The position numbers were made by a program, and so were the translations under genes. The notes under the pieces were generated by a model. The model did not search any database and was not told where the DNA came from. It saw only the letters and a program-made list of their open reading frames with translations. A stretch of DNA of 64,000 nucleotides from NCBI GenBank assembly GCA_963804955.1, contig CAWDSQ010000007.1, positions 384,001 to 448,000 on the forward strand, in the 5' to 3' direction. Source of the DNA: an uncultured delta proteobacterium. Its GTDB lineage: Bacteria; Desulfobacterota; WTBG01; CAIYCZ01; CAIRTM01. Shown piece by piece: positions 54,914 through 64,000 of this stretch; the stretch's first letter is position 1, and the number at the start of each line of letters is the position of its first letter.

Positions 54914-55654
54914 CTATCGAGCCGGCCCGGATGCCTTCAAGGCGCATCGGTTCCGGTACGCCTCATTGAGGCGATTTTGATCGACTTTTTCTATGGCCTG
55001 CACCACTGCCTCGCCGAAGCATTCCAGCGTAAAAAGGCGGCCGGAATAATATTTGCTCTGCAACGGATGCATCCCGCAGGCGCGACGGTCTGCCGGAGCG
55101 GGCACGGGGATGAGCGCCAGAGGCGAGGGGAAAGACACCCACGTAACCAGCCGGTTGCGAAAGACCGTTGACTGTTCCATGGGAAGATCGGGGAAATGTA
55201 TCTGTATGGCGCAGTCATACTGCATGACGATGGGCAGCGGTAAGATAATGCCGAATATGCCCCAGCTGACGGCAGCCAGAAACGATGATCCCGTGCTCGT
55301 TTCATGGAACTCCGAAATGGTGAAGCGCACATCAATTGGCAGGGCATCCGGCGTGTCGGCAAAAAGGTTGGGATATTTCCCGGCGGTTACCTCCCGGAGC
55401 TGCTGCGGAAAGTCGCCGGTCTTTGCGGCATCTGTTACCTTTTTTGCCCAGTACTCATTGTCGGTGAAACCGCTCATATAGAAGATGAGCTGCGGGAGGG
55501 CATCGACATGGTCGATATGGAATTTTGCCTGCACGCCGTCAAAGGAATGCGGAGAGGGCCTGAGGGTGGTTGAATAGTTTTTCGAGGCGCAGCCCGCGCC
55601 GGCAAGAGATGCGAGGATGCTGATAATCAGCGGCAGCATGAAGGGTCCCGGCAT
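54914..55654 (-). CDS. Hypothetical lipoprotein
   Basis: Lipobox-like GAGC; GGAGG RBS. Confidence 0.65.
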   Translation of the reverse strand: MPGPFMLPLIISILASLAGAGCASKNYSTTLRPSPHSFDGVQAKFHIDHVDALPQLIFYMSGFTDNEYWAKKVTDAAKTGDFPQQLREVTAGKYPNLFADTPDALPIDVRFTISEFHETSTGSSFLAAVSWGIFGIILPLPIVMQYDCAIQIHFPDLPMEQSTVFRNRLVTWVSFPSPLALIPVPAPADRRACGMHPLQSKYYSGRLFTLECFGEAVVQAIEKVDQNRLNEAYRNRCALKASGPAR

Positions 55655-55666
55655 GGCCTGCCTCCC

Positions 55667-56572
55667 TTAAAAAATTTTTGTGAATGATAAATTCGTGATG
55701 ACGCCTTCGGTCCGGTCTCTGGCGCCGAACTCGATTTGATTGCGGAACTGGAACTTCAAATTCAAAAACGGCACATAAATGCCGATCTCAGGGCCCACGC
55801 CAAAAACCCGGTCATGGATGTTTTTATTATAGTAAATATCTTTGCCGCGATCATCGGTTATCTGCCATTGCCCGTAGCCGCACAGGCCGATCTCCCAGAG
55901 CCTGCCGAGCGATTTGCTGAGGCAGGCATCAAAGGAAATATTCTGCCCCGGCCTGATGTCTTCATAATGTTTTTTGCTGTGCAGCTCGTAGCGCAGCAGC
56001 GTCGATATGGCCCAGGTTTTTTCATCGTCGAGGTACAGCGTCGGGCCTGTGGTGAGCAGAAAGGTCCAAAACCCCTTGCCCGGCAGGCCTATCTTGCGGG
56101 TGCTGTGCCTGCCCGTAGGGATATACCCGGCAAGGCTGAACATGGCGTCCCAGCGTTCCTTGTGCCAGTCAAGGCAGAATGGTTCAACAGCAATGTCACC
56201 AAGGGCCCAGCTTTTATCATGCAGCTTCGCCTCCCGTATCGAGACATCTGCATAGGTGAGAGGCAGGAGGATCGTGACAATATAATCAGCGCCGAGAATC
56301 TTCTGATTGGTGACCCAGATGGGCCGGTGCACCATGACAAAATTCTGGATATCGGGCCTTACCCGCTGCGAATTGTGATAGGACCGGTAGTTGTCGGAGT
56401 AGTAGAAGACATTGTACACCTTGTAATAAAATCCGGGCGGCGGGGCTGTGGCGAGCTTGATGCCTTCGATACCGCCTGTATAATGGCCGGTTTCTCCGGC
56501 GATGACGGTTGACGCGAAAAAAAGAGGCAGAAAATACAAAAGGACGATAACAAAGATACTACGCAGCTTCAT
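55667..56572 (-). CDS. SphA/phenol-MetA-type outer-membrane channel
   Basis: PPPGFY, GDI, PTG and GVGPE; terminal Phe. Confidence 0.8.
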   Translation of the reverse strand: MKLRSIFVIVLLYFLPLFFASTVIAGETGHYTGGIEGIKLATAPPPGFYYKVYNVFYYSDNYRSYHNSQRVRPDIQNFVMVHRPIWVTNQKILGADYIVTILLPLTYADVSIREAKLHDKSWALGDIAVEPFCLDWHKERWDAMFSLAGYIPTGRHSTRKIGLPGKGFWTFLLTTGPTLYLDDEKTWAISTLLRYELHSKKHYEDIRPGQNISFDACLSKSLGRLWEIGLCGYGQWQITDDRGKDIYYNKNIHDRVFGVGPEIGIYVPFLNLKFQFRNQIEFGARDRTEGVITNLSFTKIF

Positions 56573-56986
56573 ATCTGGATATTCCTCACCGGCGGCAAAT
56601 GATCAATTAACTTTTTGCCGGGGACTGAACCGAGCGTGATTGCCTGGCGGGCTTGTGATACAGCGGGACACGTGACAAGTAGAACATATTGGATAGCAAA
56701 AAACCGTAGATTGAATTGATAAATGTATAGGGGCTCACCCTAAAAATGACTGTGGTCATATTAATATAAAGACGGCCGTGTGTCAATATAAAGTTAGCCG
56801 CAAGATAAAGAAAGTAATAGTGTCACCCATTAAATATTTAATATTTAATGGGTGTATCTGTATTTTTATTTCCATACAAACGGCGGATATCCGTCGCGAT
56901 CGCCACGCAAATACCTCGCCATTAGAAGGGCCTGCACATGCGGCAACATCCAAAAAATTAGAAAAAATAATTCGTTCAACATTTTC

Positions 56987-57754
56987 TTACATCAGCTCCC
57001 CGCTGCGGATGGTCCAGAAGTCATCGGATAAATCACGGCTGGCAAGATACTCATAGGGGATGGTGAAATAGCCCTTCATGCCCCAATCGGCCCCCCAGGA
57101 ATTGCGCACGATAAATCTTTTCTGTGCATCATTGTACCCGACGGCTAAAACCGCATGCCCGCCCAGCATCCGCTCGGTTGGCCTGGGCATCGGCGCCTTG
57201 CCGGTGTTTGCGACTGCCTGTGTTTCAAAGCTTTCATACACCGCAAACCCGAATACAAACGGAAATCCGTCTGCAAGGCATGCCCGCATCTGGTCGACCG
57301 TATCAATGCGCTGATAGTCGGTTACTTGATGTTTGAGGCCGTCCTTATAGCAGGCGGCTGGCGGCTTCTTTTTAAACCTGCTGATGATATAGGGCCATTT
57401 TTCTTCTATGCAGGCGCCCTCCTTCACAAGGGTTTTAATGCCATCGCGCAGCATGGCGCCGTCATCAGAATCAACGCTGCCTTCCATCACCCGCTCATTG
57501 TAGTAGACAAAAAGCCTGCTCATCTCAATAACCGGCAAACCGTTTTTTCTTTCCAGCACTTCAAGCGCACCGGTCAGCGCATGGGCCGTGCAACTCCCCA
57601 AATTACCCTGATCTTCTACCTCAGGGCATAATGGCCGCAGATCAGCTTTCGGCGGCAGCTTTTTTGGAATTCTATACACTGCGGAATACTTAATGTCGCG
57701 CTGATCAGGGATATCGGGTTTCCAGCCATAGACGCGCTTTGAATCTTTTGCCAT
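56987..57754 (-). CDS. Papain-family (C1) cysteine peptidase
   Basis: [13 protein letters not shown] and RNSWG. Confidence 0.95.
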   Translation of the reverse strand: MAKDSKRVYGWKPDIPDQRDIKYSAVYRIPKKLPPKADLRPLCPEVEDQGNLGSCTAHALTGALEVLERKNGLPVIEMSRLFVYYNERVMEGSVDSDDGAMLRDGIKTLVKEGACIEEKWPYIISRFKKKPPAACYKDGLKHQVTDYQRIDTVDQMRACLADGFPFVFGFAVYESFETQAVANTGKAPMPRPTERMLGGHAVLAVGYNDAQKRFIVRNSWGADWGMKGYFTIPYEYLASRDLSDDFWTIRSGELM

Positions 57755-58009
57755 TACAGTGCCCCTTCCAATTGAAGAAAGTTAAAAAAAACAGTGCCTG
57801 AGCAGAAGTAGGGGCCAGGATTATTGGCCCTTACCAGTAGCTGATTTTCCTGATTTCCTATTGTGGTATGCTTACGTGCAATCCGCACAAGCCCTGCGCG
57901 GATTAAAACAGAAGCCCCTCTGCATGCGATACAAAAAAACTACGGCCTGCTCTGGAATACGCCATTGCCGAACTGTATTTTCAATAGCAAGAATCAAGGG
58001 CAAGCGCAA

Positions 58010-58048
58010 TGAGTACAAATACTCAATTCAATTGAGTATAAATACTCA
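58010..58048. promoter_or_regulatory. Tandem palindromic operator
   Basis: TGAGTA-N4-TACTCA twice, 23 bp apart. Confidence 0.6.
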
Positions 58049-58240
58049 TCAGGGGACTTCTAGTTTTATTTATAAAAATAAAAATAGAAGTAGATATGCA
58101 TAATTATTCACAATTGCCTTGAAAAATTGAGCAAATAATTATTTTACAAAACCACTAATGTCGAATATCCTTTTTAAGCGCATTATCAGAATACCTGTTC
58201 GGAAAACAGGCTCAAAAACCTTGTCGATTAAGGAAAGATT

Positions 58241-58497
58241 ATGAGTTGGAAGGCGGAAATTCTTAATCTCGGCGAGGGTGAAAAAAAGGGTCATTCTTTC
58301 TCACTCTCATGGGGCAGATACGATATGGCTTTAAAGTCATCTACACGGAAACACGCATATTCGAAATTGACCTTAAGGTTTTCAAACAGGCCTACGGCGA
58401 GAAAGATTCTTTTATTGAACATTCAAGTGACATTTTGAAAAAATATTTGGAGCTTCTGATCGAACAAAAATTTAAAGCTCTTGAAAACGCACTATAA
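58241..58497 (+). CDS. Small hypothetical protein (probable frameshift at ~58312)
   Basis: Two overlapping short ORFs joined at a G-run; AAGGA RBS. Confidence 0.4.
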
Positions 58498-58587
58498 ACT
58501 CTTTTTTTTCCTGCCCCGGCCAGCAAACTGCTGCAGTTCAAGCAAGTCAACTCATTCAACAAAGGCCCCTGTTTGTCCCCTGACTGC

Positions 58588-60876
58588 TCAACTCCCCACA
58601 AGCTCTTTGGGCTTTGCTTCCTGGAATACCTTGCACTCCGTGCACCGGTAAAACCACTGCCCTCTGCGCGTTGACGGGACAACCTGCATGGGTTTCCCGC
58701 AGGTTGCGCAGGCGATGGGGTCAGGCATGCGGGGATCTGCTTCTTTTTCTGTCTGCCACTTATCGCACTGAGCGCAGATCTTTCCACCGTTCCGGGTGGT
58801 TCGGACCGGGCCCTGGCAGAACCGACAAAGATCAAGCGGTTTCCCTTCGGCATCCGAATCAAAGGATATCTTGCAGTCAGGATCTGCTGAGGCGGCGCAC
58901 TTCACGTAGTGACGACCTTCCCAGTCCCGAAGATGCAGGTTCGATCCGCACTTCGGGCAGGTTCCCACCACCGGGCCGAACACGCGCCGGGTGCCTTGCG
59001 GGGCCTGCTGTTTGATCTGATCCACCAGTTCCGTCACGAAGGTCCGTATGCCGCTCATGAACTCATCGCGTCTGGCCTCGCCCCGGCGGATTCGCTCCAG
59101 GCGTGCTTCCCATTCGCCGGTCATCTGCGGGCTTTTCAGGGTCTCGGCCCGGATGGATTGGACCAGTTCGATCCCCTTGGCTGTCGGCTGCAGGATGTTG
59201 CGCGTGCGCTCGACGAAACCGCGTTTCAGCAGCGTTTCGATTATATTGGCCCTGGTGGCGGGTGTGCCCAGGCCGCAGTCCTTCATGGCGCCCTTTCAGT
59301 TCTTCATCGTCGAGTTCCTTGCCCGCGCTCTGCATGGCGCCCAGCAGATCCCCTTCGGTCATGCGCTTGGGAGGCGAGGTCTTGCCTGCCTTGGGAAAGA
59401 GGTCCTTGGTCTCGACGGCTTCTTCCTTGACGACGGGCGGCAGCAGGCCCGTATCCTCGTCATCTTCAGGCTCCTGCCCTCCGGCGCCCTCTGCCTTTAT
59501 GGCTTCTTTTTTCAGGTCGGCCATGGGGCGGGTCAACTGCAGACCATCCCAATTCCTTCACAACTGTGCCCGTGGTCTTGAATGTCTCCTTGTCGATCTT
59601 TGTGATGATGGTTGTCTTGCCTTCGATGCGCTCGGGAAAGTACGCTGCCAGGAATCGTCGCGCGATCAGCTCGTAGATCTTCAGCCGGTCACCCTGGAGC
59701 TTCTCTGGCCGGGTTCTCCGTAGGCATCAGGGCCGAGTGATCTTCCACCTCTTTGTCGTTCACGAAACGCTTGTCGAGCTTCACGGGCCAGCGCTTCCGA
59801 AGCTCCTGCAACAAAGGGTTGCAGCTCCGTAAGCTGACCCTGCGCAATGGCCTTGATCCAGCCCGCGGTCTTCTGCGCGTCGCTTTCCGTCAGGTACCGG
59901 GAATTCGTACGCGGGTAGCTGATGAGCTTGGCTTCATAGAGCTCCTGCGCCACTGCCAGGGTGTGCTCGGCCGTGAACCCGAAGCGCTTGTTGGACTCTT
60001 TCTGGAGGTTGGTAAGGTCGTAGAGCAGCTCGGGCTTTTTCTTTTCCGTCCTGGCGGTGACCGATGCAACCTTGCCGGGCAGGCCGGACAGCTTGTTTGC
60101 AAGGGCCTTGCGCGTCTTCTTCCTGTTCGAAACGGTCCTGATCCTTGCCCTCCGGCCTTGTGAAACCATTTGCCCCTGTAGGTGCCAGCCTCGGCTTGAA
60201 ACGTAGCCCATAGGGTCCAGAAGTCCTTCGGGATGAAGTCCGTGATTTCCAGCTCGCGATTTACCAGGAGCGCCAAGAGTCGGCGTTTGTACGCGGCCGA
60301 TGGAGTACACCCCTTCTCGCTCCCGCGCGCTGCATGACCAGCGTCTGGGCCCGTGTGCAGTTGATGCCGACCAGCCAGTCCGACTCCTGCCGGCTAGCGC
60401 GCCGCATCCCGCAGGCCGCTGTAAGCCTCGCCCGGCTTCATCCGGCCATAGGCCTCCCGGATGGCGTTATCCGTGAGGCTCGACGTCCAGAACCTCAATA
60501 CCGGTTTGGTGCATCCCGATAGGCGATAAACCAGATCAAAGATGAGCTCGCCTTCGCGACCGGCATCCGTCGCATTCACGACATCCGTCACATCGTCACG
60601 GGTCAAAAGCTGCGCCACCACCTCGTATTGATCGTTGGTGGCCTCGATGGGAAAGTAACGAAAGGGATCGGGGAAAAACGGCAGCGTGTCCATGTCGCCA
60701 CGATTTGAGCCCGGGATCGTATACTTCCGGTCCCATAGCCTGCACCAGGTGGCCCACACACCAGGTGACGATGACATCGCTGCCCTGGATGAAGTTGCGC
60801 CCCGCTCCCCTGAATGCCCAAAGCCGCTGCAATGGCAGCGGCCCATGCTGGGTTTTTCACTGATGATAAGACGCAT
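58588..60876 (-). CDS. topB: DNA topoisomerase III (type IA), heavily frameshifted
   Basis: ISEKPS, TWCVGHL, ATDAGREGELI, GRVQTPTL, ISYPRT and GLGTPATRA; C-terminal zinc ribbons. Confidence 0.9.
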
Positions 60877-61024
60877 TGAACGATTATCCTTAAAAGGGGA
60901 CATCTCTGTCCTCTTTTAATACCAATAATCCTCAGGGAAGTGGAGTAAAAAAGTATTGCGGAGGTGCTGAATTGAGTAACGTATGTATGGATGTTCCCCA
61001 GCCTGCTTTTGGCAGGCACATCAC

Positions 61025-62257
61025 CTAATGCAACACGGAAGTATCCCGTACAGGGCTCTGTTCCTGTTCCTTCAAATGAACTGAGCGCTTGTGCGCGGGC
61101 TGCATGCCCACCTGGGGCCTGGGGGCTGGTGAGGCAACTGCTGTATGGATTCGGGCGGCGGATAAAGGCGTGACTGCGCCTGGGGGGGGGGCAACCGTAG
61201 CGCGATTCTTGCCTTCTTTCTTGCTTGTGTGGAGCGCCTCATCGGCCCGGGTGATAAGTTCTCCGACACTCACGCCATGATCGGGAAAGCAGGCAATACC
61301 GATGCTGATTGTTATCGACCTGACTCCTTCAGGCACGGAAAGGGGAGTTCTCTCGACCGCCAGACGGAGACGCTCAGCGGCACGCACAGCAGTGGCCGGG
61401 TCGGTTTCCTCCAGCAGTACAACAAACTCATCTCCGCCGTACCGGGCGGCAATATCCGAAGGACGGATACCGTCGGCAATCACCCCGCCAATGCGTCTGA
61501 TCATTTCACTTCCGCAATCATGGCCATAGCTCTCATTGACCGGCTTAAGATGGTCGACATCAATCATAAGAATAGAGAACGGATGGCCGCAGCGGATAGA
61601 GCGTTCATATTCAATGCGTGCAAGGGGGAAAAAGGTTCTCATATTATGCAGGCCCGTTAAAAAATCCTTTCCCGAGAGCTGCTGAATTTTACGCCGCGCC
61701 TCCAGCATGGAGATCGACAGCAGCGCCGCAAGGCAGGAAACCAGCCAGAGTGAAATGATCAGCACTACCGGGGCGATAAATTCCCGGTGAGTAAAGCCGC
61801 TAAACTCACCATTGGGAAAAGCAAGAGAAAAACAGAAAACAGTGACAATCAAAAGCTTCCTCCAGATGCGCCGGGGCAAAAAAAAGGCTGAAGCGATAAT
61901 GGATAAAAAATAAAGGCTGAGCAGCGGGCTTGAAATGCCTCCGGTCTGCTGCAGTATCAGGGAAACAAACAAAATCATCCCCCAGATTTCTGCAGACATT
62001 ATTGCCCGAATGTTTTTATCCGACCAGCGGACAAGCTGCATGACACCTATGAAGATGGCATAAAGGCCAATGCTGATCTGCAAAATAAAATTATCCGCAA
62101 TAAAGATATCCGCCACAAAAAGATACAGCACCACCATCAGCGGCAGCAGCCATTCGATGAGCCTCAGCGTTTGCCTGAAGCTCAAAAGCTCCTGCCGCTC
62201 TATCTGCTGAGCATTTTCAGCGGCCCTGCCTTCAACCTGGTTGATATGCTCTGTCAT
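61025..62257 (-). CDS. Membrane-bound diguanylate cyclase
   Basis: TM N-terminus, DFLTGLHN, RPSD I-site and RYGGDEF. Confidence 0.95.
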   Translation of the reverse strand: MTEHINQVEGRAAENAQQIERQELLSFRQTLRLIEWLLPLMVVLYLFVADIFIADNFILQISIGLYAIFIGVMQLVRWSDKNIRAIMSAEIWGMILFVSLILQQTGGISSPLLSLYFLSIIASAFFLPRRIWRKLLIVTVFCFSLAFPNGEFSGFTHREFIAPVVLIISLWLVSCLAALLSISMLEARRKIQQLSGKDFLTGLHNMRTFFPLARIEYERSIRCGHPFSILMIDVDHLKPVNESYGHDCGSEMIRRIGGVIADGIRPSDIAARYGGDEFVVLLEETDPATAVRAAERLRLAVERTPLSVPEGVRSITISIGIACFPDHGVSVGELITRADEALHTSKKEGKNRATVAPPPGAVTPLSAARIHTAVASPAPRPQVGMQPAHKRSVHLKEQEQSPVRDTSVLH

Positions 62258-62356
62258 TTATAGAAACTCTCATAAAAATATGCGGCCTATATGATGGCGG
62301 CGATTTGATCTTTGAAAAAGGCGCTACTGTGCACATTTTCCGTCAGCATGACATCA

Positions 62357-63469
62357 TCAGAGCTGCAATTCATGAATGCCTCTCTCTGCACGAGCTGGAG
62401 CGTGATGTGTTTTCAGCCCATGGCCGTTGCCGTTGCGACTGGTCACTATTTTCACCGTCGCGCCGTCGCTGCGCAGCGACTTGAGCGAGGCCTCCAGTAT
62501 CTGCACCACGTTCAGGCCTTCCCTGCCGCTGGACATGCAGGCCGTCTTGCCGTCGATACAGTCAAGAAAATGCTGGCACTCTACCTTCAGCGGCTCGGAC
62601 TGGGCAACATAGGGGCTGTACATATCGCCGTAATGATATGAGTAATGGAATTCGGCGAATGTGTCATAATGCGGCGGCACCTTGACGCTTTTGTCATACA
62701 CCTTGATCTTCTCATTGGTCTCGTTGTCATCATAGCAGATCATCTTTTTGGAGCCGACGAACTTCATCTCCCGAACTTTCTGGGGGTCGAGCCAGCTGCT
62801 CTGAATGGTAACGAATTTGCCATTGGCATAATTGAGAATGAGCGTGGTGACATCCTCGATGCCGGGGTTGATATGCGCCTTGCCATGGCAGCTCACGGAA
62901 ACGGGCGCCTCGCCGAACATATACAGCACGATGGATATGTCGTGCGGGGCAAGGTCCCAGGTCACGTTAATATCTTTTTGAAAAAGGCCGAGGTTCAGGC
63001 GCCTCGCCGACACGTACAGCAGGTCGCCGATTTCGCCGGACTCTATGATCTCCCGGATTTTGCGCACGGGCGATGAATAAATGAAGGTGTGCCCGACCAT
63101 GAGCTGCAGGCCCTGCTTCCGGGCCAGCTCCACAAGCTCATCGCACTGCGCAGTGGATGATGCCATGGGCTTTTCGATGAATGTATGCTTGCCCGCAAGC
63201 AGGCTCTTTTTTGCCAGGTCGTAGTGCGAGTTGACATGTGTTGCTACGGCTATGGCGTTTATATCGTCGTCGGCCAGCATGTCGTCAAAGCTCTGCGTCG
63301 TGGTGACGCTCCGGTAGAGGCTGCTCATGTGATCCAGCCTTGCCTGGCTCATATCGCACACGGTTTTTACCCTGCACGTGTTCAAGGCGCTGAAATTCCG
63401 TATCAGGTTGGGGCCCCAGTACCCGCACCCGACGATGCCTACATTATGAATAGATTGCGCACGTACCAT
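62357..63469 (-). CDS. Gfo/Idh/MocA oxidoreductase
   Basis: GCGYWG, IEKP, VGHTF and DLAPHD. Confidence 0.93.
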   Translation of the reverse strand: MVRAQSIHNVGIVGCGYWGPNLIRNFSALNTCRVKTVCDMSQARLDHMSSLYRSVTTTQSFDDMLADDDINAIAVATHVNSHYDLAKKSLLAGKHTFIEKPMASSTAQCDELVELARKQGLQLMVGHTFIYSSPVRKIREIIESGEIGDLLYVSARRLNLGLFQKDINVTWDLAPHDISIVLYMFGEAPVSVSCHGKAHINPGIEDVTTLILNYANGKFVTIQSSWLDPQKVREMKFVGSKKMICYDDNETNEKIKVYDKSVKVPPHYDTFAEFHYSYHYGDMYSPYVAQSEPLKVECQHFLDCIDGKTACMSSGREGLNVVQILEASLKSLRSDGATVKIVTSRNGNGHGLKTHHAPARAERGIHELQL

Positions 63470-63547
63470 TTGACAACTCCTCCTTCTTAGGTTTTATTGT
63501 CTGCCGTAACAAACGTATGAGTAAAAATTAATCTGTAGCGTAAGAAT

Positions 63548-63563
63548 TGCAAACTATGTGCCA
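63548..63563 (-). promoter_or_regulatory. sigma54 -24/-12 promoter
   Basis: TGGCAC-ATAGT-TTGCA on the minus strand, upstream of the Gfo gene, with an AT-rich upstream region. Confidence 0.8.
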
Positions 63564-64000
63564 ATAAAAACCCCGCTGGAATTTAATCAAAAAGTCAATA
63601 AAAAATAATATTAATTTAATAAAATATATTAAAAATAGGCTTATTAATGCTATCTATTATTTTGCTTGCATGCAAATATCGATAGCAATGTACTATTAAT
63701 AAAAAACTAAAAGGCTTGAAATTGTTCAAAATGATCAAGTTGCAATGAGTGCAATTTACTCATTTTGAACACAACGGAGCCTTGACGGCAGTCTTTTGTG
63801 AAAAGGCATTTCAGGAAAGTTTGCTTGTATTGTATATATATGAGGCTGAATGCGGCGCTTCCGCCTGTTTGAGAAAAAATTCACTGCCAACTGCTGCATG
63901 GAGCAGTTGGCTATTTTTAAAAAAGCCGGCAGTATGTATCATAAGCTGGATGAGTTGTTAGATCATTTAACTAAATATTATAGCCTCTATAAACATCTAA

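Noticed and set aside
58588..60876. topB and other genes as pseudogenes or programmed frameshifts
   Set aside because: Clustered single-base indels with intact motifs and no clear nonsense substitutions fit sequencing error better; read data are needed to confirm.

Overview
Bacterial DNA, most likely from an anaerobic deltaproteobacterium (Desulfobacterota-like), with many single-base indels that look like long-read or assembly errors. About 40-53 kb is core genome: tRNA-Leu, uvrB, ptsI, dnaG-rpoD-tRNA(CAT), a zinc-ribbon protein and mutS, with several MITE/REP-like elements. Two PilZ proteins, an SphA-type channel, a C1 peptidase, a fragmented topB, a diguanylate cyclase and a sigma54-preceded Gfo/Idh/MocA gene follow. 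The first ~39.4 kb is an accessory catabolic region rich in tetrapyrrole-associated folds. It holds three ferredoxin-dependent bilin reductase/RCCR-like proteins, three exported or membrane-anchored class II chelatase-fold proteins, an SDR resembling chlorophyll b reductase (NOL/NYC1), an alpha/beta hydrolase, two geranylgeranyl-reductase-like flavoproteins, a split-barrel protein and ATC-hydrolase/V4R-like proteins. It also encodes a DUF1302/DUF1329/RND/YCF48 uptake system, ETF-linked FAD/Fe-S oxidoreductases and an aldehyde:ferredoxin oxidoreductase, and a shared palindromic motif lies upstream of several operons. Main hypothesis (inference): an undescribed anaerobic uptake and degradation system for chlorophyll derivatives or other tetrapyrroles. 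All family calls come from motifs recognised by eye; no searches were run.
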